Assembly: GCA_964016885.1 (NCBI GenBank) | Contig: OZ024756.1 | Location: 18,042,001 to 18,106,000, forward strand | Direction: 5' to 3' | Length of the DNA stretch: 64,000 nt | Source of the DNA: Eledone cirrhosa | Taxonomy: Eukaryota | Part shown: in pieces, positions 54,150 through 64,000 of the stretch | How positions within the stretch are numbered: position 1 is the stretch's first letter | Layout of the letters: the number at the start of each line of letters is the position of its first letter | The notes under the pieces: model-generated | Told to the model about the DNA's origin: nothing | Seen by the model: only the letters and a program-made list of their open reading frames with translations | The model's database searches: none | Translations under genes and position numbers: made by a program

Positions 54150-54920
54150 ACTCTCACTTTACATTGTGGGCTGAGTGTATTTATCATGGAACCAGCACTA
54201 CCACTTTACATTGTAGGCTGAGTGTATTTATCATGGAACCAGCACTACCACTTTACATTGTAGGCTGAGTGTATTTATCATGGAACCAGCACTACCACTT
54301 TACATTGTAGGCTGAGTGTATTTATCATGGAACCAGCACTACCACTTTACATTGTAGGCTGAGTGTATTTATCATGACATCAGCACTGTCACTTTACATT
54401 GTAGGCTGAGTGTATTTATCATGGAACCAGCACTACCACTTTACATTGTAGGCTGAGTGTATTTATCATGGAACCAGCACTACCACTTTACATTGTAGGC
54501 TGAGTGTATTTATCATGGAACCAGCACTACCACTTTACATTGTAGGCTGAGTGTATTTATCATGGAACCAGCACTACCACTTTACATTGTAGGCTGAGTG
54601 TATTTATCATGGAACCAGCACTACCACTTTACATTGTAGGCTGAGTGTATTTATCATGGAACCAGCACTACCACTTTACATTGTAGGCTGAGTGTATTTA
54701 TCATGGAACCAGCACTACCACTTTACATTGTAGGCTGAGTGCATTTATCATGACATCAGCACTGTCACTTTACATTGTAGGCTGAGTGTATTTATCATGG
54801 AACCAGCACTACCACTTTACATTGTAGGCTGAGTGTATTTATCATGGAACCAGCACTACCACTTTACATTGTAGGCTGAGTGTATTTATCATGACATCAG
54901 CACTGTCACTTTACAGTGTG
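54150..54920. repeat. 47-bp minisatellite, about 16 copies, SINE-derived; diverged 48-bp relatives at 25190-25622, 37050-37325 and 53040-53310
   Basis: Unit ACTTTACATTGTAGGCTGAGTGTATTTATCATGGAACCAGCACTACC. Confidence 0.93.
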
Positions 54921-56764
54921 GGCTGAATGCATTTATTGTGGCACCAGCACTTCCACCTAACAGGGTGAACTGGGTGCATTCAAAATTTGCTGACCGTGTG
55001 CCTAAATTAGAACTCAATATTCTACTAAACTACACAAAATATATCAGAAGTTTACAAAATGAAGTATGAAGTTCATAGTTTGAAAATCAAAAGGTCTTTG
55101 TTAATTAATAATGTGAAAAGTGGCTGTATTTGTTTCTCTTGAAAGCCTGTGTATGTTTAGAGTTACATAGAGAGAGAGAAAAAAAATGTGTTCAATGAAC
55201 AGAAACAAGAGAATAATGGTTTGTAATGACTTGGCTCAAGTTAAGTTGTTCAGTCAAAGGTCAAAAGACATTCAATAGAATGGTAAGGAGGATTATAAAC
55301 TAAACATAGATATCTTGGTAAGAAACTACCAATGAATGAGTATGTAGGTATGTATATATATATATATTTGTATTTTTGTGTTTATAATTTGGCATTAATA
55401 ATATACTAGTTGAATGCCCTTCCTATCACCATCACTACTTTACAGAATGGACTGGGTGCTTTTATTTGTGCCACCAGCACTAGCGAGGTTGTCTTACTGA
55501 ACTCAAGGGCCCTCTCTACCCCATAACTTTGGCATGGTTTTAATGAAAGCCACTCCCATCACCCCCATTTTACAGCATGGACCAGGTGCTTTTATTCATG
55601 CCACCAGCACTAGGGAAGTCGTTTTACTGGACTGTAGATACGTTTTATTATTTATTGATGACTAACAGGATGAACAACTTGGTCATCAATGACCAACAAA
55701 ACGTACATACCTGGTAGGGCACCACTGTAGTATGACCTGAATAATTATATATATGTGTGAGTATAACAAAGCAAACAACACAGTACAATGAAGAAATATA
55801 TGTTTCAGTCGCTATATCATCATCATTATCATCATTTTACGTCCGCTTTTCCCTGCTTGCAAGGGTGGGACGGGAACTGATTCTGGCTTGATTTCTACAG
55901 CTGGATGCCCTTCCTAACACCAACCTCATTTACAGTGAGTGCTGGGTGCTTTTTTTCCATGGCGCCTACACATCCACTTTACAGTGTGGGCTGGGTGCTT
56001 TTTTGCCGTGGCGCCTACACGTCCACTTTACAGTGTGGGCTGGGTGCTTTTTTGCCGTGGCACCTCCACACCACTTTGCAGTGGAATGGTAGGGACCCCA
56101 GTCCCTATCATCTCATTTCTACAGCTGATAAACTGGAGCAATGTGAAATAAAGTGTCTTGCTCAAGGATACAACACATCACCCGCTCTGAGAATTGAACT
56201 CACAACCTTTCGATTGCAAGGCCAATGCTCTAACCACTAAGCCATGTGCCTCCATATTTATATATATATAAATGAGAATGGATGCAGTAAAAACCAGAGT
56301 ACTCGATACTTGTATTTATTTATATATATATATATTAATAGAGAGAAGAACCGAGGTATACCCAAAATGTTTTTTAAGTATAATTTGGTTCGTCTCTCTA
56401 TTAATAAGTTTTGAGCTCTGCAGCCCATATTCTAACAGTCTACAACAGAATCTCCAACAGCTGGGAAAATCCTCAGCTGATTTCGAATTACTGCTGTATC
56501 CAGGAAATTGGATAGCATCGGGCTTCTCTCATCTTTACCAGGATCTATATTGGAAAACCCCAATATTACCATATATATATATATATATATATATATAACA
56601 AAATTTAATTTATAAATGGCTTCTACAGGACTAGAACTGTTTCATTCTAATGAAATAATTCTAGTCTTGTAGAAGCCATTTCTATATTAAATGTTGTTGT
56701 ATATACTCAATAAATGTATTGAGTACTTTACTTACTGTTGTTACCCCCGATTGAACCCGGGACT

Positions 56765-56798
<34 letters not shown>

Positions 56799-57105
56799 AG
56801 CATGTATATTATAATGATTTCCTGCCCTATAAATCTATAGATAGCTATCGAAACGATAAAAGCTTAACCCTAGAACAGAAAACCCCTATATCTACACTCT
56901 ACTTTTCTTAGGTATAGAATACTAAGTTGAATAATAGTCTTACTGGTCATAACATTTTATCCATTTGGCGAGCCTTCTGCTCTCAGGGGGCCGCAAGCCT
57001 CCGTAGCTACCAACACCAGGGTAGGGATCGCCGGTAACAACACCAGTTGAAACACCACAACCAACGACGACCACCCAGGGGGAAGACGAGATATGTGTGT
57101 GTTAA

Positions 57106-57296
57106 CCCTTTAGCATTTAAACTGGCCAAATCTGGCCAGAATTCTCTCACCTCTTTCTCTTCAAACTGGCCATAACCAGCCACTCGTACTGATGTTCTCA
57201 AAATAAATAACATCAAAATCTCATAGATTCGATATTATGTGAGATAAAGCCTTTACAATACAATAGTATACATAGAGTAATGTAAATGCTAAAAGG
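57106..57296 (+). mobile_element. piggyBac-type MITE, orientation A
   Basis: TTAA TSD and TIRs. Confidence 0.85.
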
Positions 57297-57439
57297 TTAA
57301 AGTTATATCTGTATAAATACAGAGTGTGTAACCGAGACTGTACCAATGTGTATAAATATATACACATATCTAATATATAGGCATGTAAACATACCAGAAA
57401 ATACGAACTTCACTGTAAATTGAAAAAAAAAATGATAAA

Positions 57440-57488
57440 CACCTTTAATCGGTTTTCGGATCTAATTGGACTCTCACCAGAAAGCGTG
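57440..57488 (-). ncRNA. Decayed hammerhead motif
   Basis: Reverse complement CACGCTTT CTGGTGA GAGTCC AATTA GATCC GAAA ACCGATT AAAGGTG. Confidence 0.4.
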
Positions 57489-57708
57489 TACATCATCCAA
57501 TCAGCCACAACAAAACACGTATTCCATGGGTGTATATACTATAATATATATATATATATATATATTATAAAGAGTCAGAGCCCGGCGCCTGAACTCTTGT
57601 CGTTTCAACAGCTAGTTCCAGACTATATAATATAACCATACTCTACTATCCCAAGTACCGAGTACTCTGTTGAGTAATGGTCTAACTAGTTTTATCTGGT
57701 TCTATCTA

Positions 57709-57739
<31 letters not shown>

Positions 57740-59367
57740 GATGTCATGAATGAGTAACCTAATGCATTGTTCCATGTGGAAAATTTAAACAACACAACAT
57801 AACTATGAAATATATAGCAATATATTATGAGACACTTTTAACAGAATTTAGAGAGAAGTTAAGCCAATATTTTAGAGGTGTTAGTTTGAAAATGTTGTTT
57901 TTGTGTATGTATCATTTCTTTCTTTAGTCCCATAACTTCTGGGGTAGTCGTAGGGGGGAATCATATTGACATACAGTGTTTCTAAGGCATTTTAAAACCT
58001 GGCGGAGCTCATCTCCTCTCCAGGTCTGAATACAGCCGATTTCTTCCAGAGAAGGATAGAGAGAGAGAGTGAGAGAATGGAAGTGAGAAAAAGATGTAGA
58101 AGCAGAATCGACCCCCCAGTAATAGACTGGTACTTTTTTTATCGACCTCGAATGGATGAAAGGTAAAGTTGAGCTCGGGTATGTATCATTCGAAAGTGAA
58201 ATTTGATTTTATCGAGCTTAATTAAATAGGGTAGCTGATAGTTTAAAGATGTTACTCTCTTCCTTAGGAAAATGGAAGGGAGTAATATAAGGAATAAACG
58301 AAAAACACAGACATCATAAAACATACCCAACAAGCAAACAGATTGAATTCGGTGCAATAACCTTCATTTAAATACTTAACTGGTGAATCATATCTAAAAT
58401 ATAATGTAGGAACTTATATAAATTAGAATCCATAATTGAAAATCGAACATGGTTTCGAATTTAGGCACAGGGCCAACAATCTGAGGGTGGGTGGAGCAGA
58501 ATAGAAAGTCGATTATACCGACCCTGGTACAATAAAATAAAAGTAACAGATGGTACTTTATTTTATCGACTCCTGGAAAGATGAAAGGCAAAGTTAAGCA
58601 CGGCGGGATTTGAGAAAGCAGAAAGACGTAACTTAATAGCGCGAAACACATTTCACCTGACGTTCTACCGATTCTGTCAACCCACTTTCCAAACAGAACA
58701 TTAATAATGATTTATTTACTATCTTTACAATTAGAGCACGTACAAATTCTTTAGGTTGTGGCCACACTGGAGCAGAAAATAACAGTGCATTGTTTTGTAT
58801 GGTATGTTTAGTTTAGTTTTGTTGTGGTTATGTAACTTGTTTTTAAACTACATTTTCACATCAACTGAACATATAAAAAGTGGGGGGGGGGGGCTCAATA
58901 TAACACCACCACCACCACCACCACAAAAATAATCAACAACAAAAAAAAAAGAGCTCCCAGAATTTTGAAAGTAATCATGCCTGGGTCAATATTTCAGTAC
59001 TAAGACATGAGACAGAAATAAAACATTATAATCGAATTAATTAACAGAAAATAGAATGTGTCGATTCTGACATCCTAAGCTATGTTTCTTGAACAATTAT
59101 AAAGTATTGCGATTATTTCTTTGGCTATGGGAGGGGAGGAAAGATATGAAATAATTTGAAGAATTATTAAGCTGGACTTTGGTAGATAAAATCATATGTT
59201 GACGCATCATTACACACAAGTGAAATCAAGTCTGAAAACAAATAGACGAGAAAGGTTAGAGATGAGATGAGATGAGTGAACAGCCTCCTGCCTTGATACC
59301 TTCCAAACGATTTCTTCTACAAGTAATAAACACCACAAACAAAATAAAGATGAACCATCTAATATCT

Positions 59368-59409
<42 letters not shown>

Positions 59410-59754
59410 TGTGTGAAGATAGATAGATAGATAGGTAGGTAGATAGATGGACGGAAGGACAGAGATAGATAGATAGTTGGATAGAAAGCTATATAGATAC
59501 ATAGATTGGATAGTAGACAGATAGAAAGATGATACACAGTTAGATAGAGGGATAGATAGATAGATAAATAGGTGGATGGATGGATAGACAGATAGATAAA
59601 TGAGATGTTACTAGTTAAGACCAATAAGACCATTATTATTCAACTTAGAACTCTATACTTAAGGAAAGTAGAGTAGATGTAGGGATTCTTTGCCCCACGG
59701 TTAAATTTATACAGTTTCAAAATGATATAAGCTTAATCATATAACCCCTATTGC

Positions 59755-59764
59755 ATTATATATA

Positions 59765-59795
<31 letters not shown>

Positions 59796-60145
59796 GTATA
59801 TTATATATATATAGTATATTATATATATATATTATATTTTATTATATATACATATTATATATATTATATTATATATATATACATATTATATATATTATAT
59901 TATATATATATATTATATTATATTATATTATATATATATATTATATATATATAATATATATATATATTATATTATATATATATATATTATATTATATATA
60001 TATATTATATATTATATATATATATATATATATTATATATTTATATATTATATATATATATATTATATATATATATATATTATATATATATATATTATAT
60101 ATATATATATATTATATTATATATATATATATTATATATATATAT

Positions 60146-60177
<32 letters not shown>

Positions 60178-60468
60178 ATTATATATATATATATATATTA
60201 TATATATATATATATTATATATATATATATTATATATATATATATATATATTATATATTATATATATTATATATATATATATTATATATTATATATATAT
60301 ATATATATTATATATATATATATATTATATATTATATATATATATTATATATTATATATATATATATATTATATATTATATATATATATATATTATATAT
60401 TATATATATATATTATATATATATATATATATTATATATTATATATATATATTATATATTATATATAT

Positions 60469-60564
<96 letters not shown>

Positions 60565-60597
60565 ATATATTATATATATATATATATTATATATATA

Positions 60598-60638
<41 letters not shown>

Positions 60639-60648
60639 TATATATATA
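59755..60648. repeat. ~900-bp almost pure A/T (TA)n/(TTATA)n tract
   Basis: Direct reading. Confidence 0.95.
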
Positions 60649-61189
60649 TCCGTGTGTGTGTGTATGTATACGCGCGCACAATCTTTGAAAGTAATCGCAA
60701 AAATTAAAATGCACTATACTGATATACCAGCAGATACATGTGCATATATATATATGTATGTGTGTAATTTATGGTAATTTACGAGCTTCGGGAAGTAAAT
60801 TTACAAGAATTAGCAGAGGATGTAGCTTTGCAATTAGCTAAGATAAACAAAAGTAGCTATTTAAAATAAGTGATAGTGAAACAAGAACGAGCAAACACAT
60901 AAGCAAAAATAGCAAAGTGAAATATACGATGGAGATGTGGCAACCTTGCTTATTGGGAGCAGTGATTCCACTACTATGTCTGTTGTCAAACTACACTGAG
61001 CTGATTGACATTCCGTATAAGATTCTGTGGTCGCTGGTTCATTAAAAGATATCACTGGCACCAATCAATGTCTTTAATAATCCGTCCTTGTCTCTCGTTC
61101 TGTTACTCCGTATCTTCTCTCTCTCTCTCTCTCTCTTCCACCAGCGACTAGTGTGACCACCGAAGAACAGCACCCAGTTCTGCTATTGG

Positions 61190-61234
<45 letters not shown>

Positions 61235-61246
61235 TATATATATATA

Positions 61247-61304
<58 letters not shown>

Positions 61305-62315
61305 AACCTCTATACAGAGCCGATCAATGGTTTGTCATCTCTCTCTCTCAGCTGTCGAGGTTTTACACCACGGAACTGTCAGTTAGTTCTATTTTCTGTT
61401 ATAATAGGATGTCGTTTGTTACCTTAGACTGAATTACAAGCGATCGACCACACAGTCCACTCCACAGAAGGACGGAATCTGGGCTTGAACAGGTTTTAGC
61501 TATTTTGTGCCCCTCAATAGTAGCAAACCATCAGCCCCATACACACACACACACACACATATATGCATATATATATATATATATATATGTGTGTGCATAT
61601 ATATATATATATATACAACCCAATAAACATATAGACTGATCGAGTAGCAGCGAAAACGAGTAGATATATATAGAGTGAGAAAGCGAGTGGAAGAACAAGA
61701 GAGGGAGATAGAGAGAGAAATGTATTCAGACATACGACGACTGTGTCTGCATAATAGTAGTAGACGTAATATTGGGAAGAACTTCAGTTGAAGAACAAGA
61801 ATATAAAAGAAAGACAGAAAGAACGAAAGGAAAATAGCCACGAGGAAATAAAATAACCTATAAACACATAGATCGAATAAAAAAGAAAGAAAGAAAGATC
61901 TATAATTGAATGAGCATGGATAAAGTGGACGGGATAAAGAGGAAGTAAAAAATAAGAGAGAAAGAGAAAGTGAGAGCAACGACCGTTTCTGTTGTATACA
62001 ATTGTAGTAGCAGAAGTAGTATTAAAATCAGAGAACTTCACTGAGAGAGAAAAAGAATAAAAGCTACAATGCAGAATAAATATAAACACCTAGAGTTTAA
62101 TAAGTTTTTGCATTAAAACCAATAAAACAACGCCGATCGCTTATAAATATATCCATCTATCTATATATATCGATATATATGCATATGTATGAAGGTTTGC
62201 AATTAATTTGCTTCCGATCTGAAGCAGTCGCCACTTATGACGACAACAATTGTCCCCACCTCCACAGCGGGTTTTATTATATATAATATATATATATAAT
62301 ATATATATATATATT

Positions 62316-62347
<32 letters not shown>

Positions 62348-62449
62348 TTGTGTGGGTTTTTTTAAAGAACCAAACTGAAAATTCTTTCTTATCCCAATTT
62401 CCTTCCGGTTATTTTTTTTTTTTTTTTTTTTCTTCCTGCTAATACATAA

Positions 62450-62590
62450 AAGCTTACCAAAATATGTCCTATATCCGCTTGAAAGTGACCGCAAAACGTC
62501 ATCAACTGTTGAACGTTTCTCGAAAAGGGGCCATTACGTGAGGCCGACAACACTACTGCTGCACATGCGCCTGCGCAACATTTCAGTGCT
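62450..62590 (-). promoter_or_regulatory. Candidate promoter / first non-coding exon of the ZNF gene
   Basis: CpG-containing unique island with an NRF1-like GCACATGCGCCTGCGCA, ACGTCA and TTACGTGA sites, and a minus-strand donor TTG|GTAAGC at 62458/62457. Confidence 0.35.
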
Positions 62591-63459
62591 TTTTTTAAAA
62601 AATTTGGAATGTGTTTGGGGGAAAACGAATCTGTTGTGCAATTAGGAGAAAATGCAGGGCAGTTGGATCGGATTAAATTTTTTTTAATCTTTCTTACAGT
62701 TATTTTTATTTTGTTTTTGTTTTGTGTCGGGTTTGTCGTTTTGTTTTCGTTTTTGTATCATTCTTCTGGTTTCTTAATTCAAATATTATTAAACTGCGGT
62801 CAATTTATCTTTCAAAAATATGTCACTCGCTATATATACGGACATCACTTGGATTATAATGATTTCTAATTTAGACACAAAGCCAGTGATTTGGGGGAAA
62901 GGAGAAAGTCGATAACATCGATCTCAGTTCTTTACTGGTACTTTGTTTTTGTTTTTTTATCCCCGGGCGGATGAAAAGCAAAATTGACCTCGGCGGGATT
63001 TGAAATTTAAACGATTACATAATAGCAACACGCACCTTTGCCTAGTAAATCCTTGCTGGCTTTGCACATTGTCAAAAGGAAATTTCGATTAAAAGGACAA
63101 TTGGTAAGAGCGGACAAGAGAAAGATCGTTGAAGCGCAACAAATAAAAAGTTCATTAGGAATCAATTTCACCGTCACGGTTTCGGGTCTTGATTGAAGAT
63201 ATTTCCATTTCCATTTGGCAGAATAAAGGTCGCATTTTTCTATCCTAAAATATAGGACAGGGAAGGGCGGATCTCTGTTTCTAGTTATGAAGTAAGGATG
63301 AAAGGCAAAATTTCATCGGAATTTGAACTCAGAACGTAAAGAGCCATAACTCTGATGCTCTACCGATACTGCCAATCCATAATGGTTTCTGATTTAGGCA
63401 CAAGGCCAACAATTTTGGAGGAAAGAAAAAGTCGATATAATATAATACTTACTAGCACT

Positions 63460-64000
63460 TAAGTTTACTCTCAGACCATTTGATTCCAAATCTGTTTCCA
63501 TAGTCAGAACTTATTTTCTAGTTGTTTTGTGGATTCAGCTATAAGGATCAGATCATCCACATAGAGAAGTTCCCATGGACAGCCAGTCTTAAACTTCTCT
63601 GTTATAGCCTGGAGAACTATAATAAACTCCTTCCTGTACCTTGGATTTCTCACTAAACTCACTTCCTACTTTCATTTTACTGACAGCTCCTCTGTACATG
63701 GCTTATACTGCTCTCACAAGCCATTCTTCTACACCTAATTTCCTTAAGGAACTTGATAATAGATCGAGGTACTCCATCAAAGGCCTTTTCTAGATCAACA
63801 AAAGCAGCTTATTCTTAGCTAGGAACTTCTCTTGTAGTTGCCTCACTAAAAAGTGGCATGAAACCAAACTGCATCTTATCTAATTTGACTCTTTCCCTAA
63901 TTAGCTGAGATATAACTCTTTCCGTCACTTTCAGAACTTGGTCCATTAGTTTTATCTCTGTATAGTTGCTCCTTTCTAAAGCATCACCTTTGGCCTTGTA
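63460..64000 (-). mobile_element. RTE LINE reverse transcriptase fragment
   Basis: YKAKGDALERSNY...QFGFMP...RQLQEKF...AFVDLEKAFD...PWELLYVDDLILIAES with deletions and frameshifts. Confidence 0.9.

Noticed and set aside
54150-54920. Regular 32-72-bp arrays resembling CRISPR repeats (also 34670-36205 and 30921-32100)
   Set aside because: Head-to-tail units with no unique spacers, no cas genes and a eukaryotic context.

Overview
AT-rich, microsatellite-dense animal genomic DNA. The SINE, RTE, Penelope and C2H2 content suggests a coleoid cephalopod such as Octopus (inference). It is not prokaryotic, and almost all ORF-track entries are microsatellite artefacts. Two convergent protein-coding genes are supported. 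(1) A complete 14-coding-exon acylglycerol kinase gene (AGK, + strand, 21165-45157) was assembled by hand: all introns are GT-AG, phases match, CDS is 1299 nt / 432 aa. (2) A 703-aa protein with 10 C2H2 zinc fingers (- strand, 48750-50861) is preceded by a 67-aa upstream ORF. The rest is a mosaic of tRNA-derived SINEs (two families), RTE LINE fragments, piggyBac-, hAT- and mariner-type MITEs, Helitron-like elements, minisatellites and a ~2.05-kb tandem duplication. The most interesting layer is Penelope-like (PLE) material: GIY-YIG remnants, four well-formed and five decayed minimal type I hammerhead ribozyme motifs, and a class of (TA)n-embedded fold-back elements that share sequence with the ribozyme-bearing copies. 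Repeat boundaries were read by eye and are approximate.
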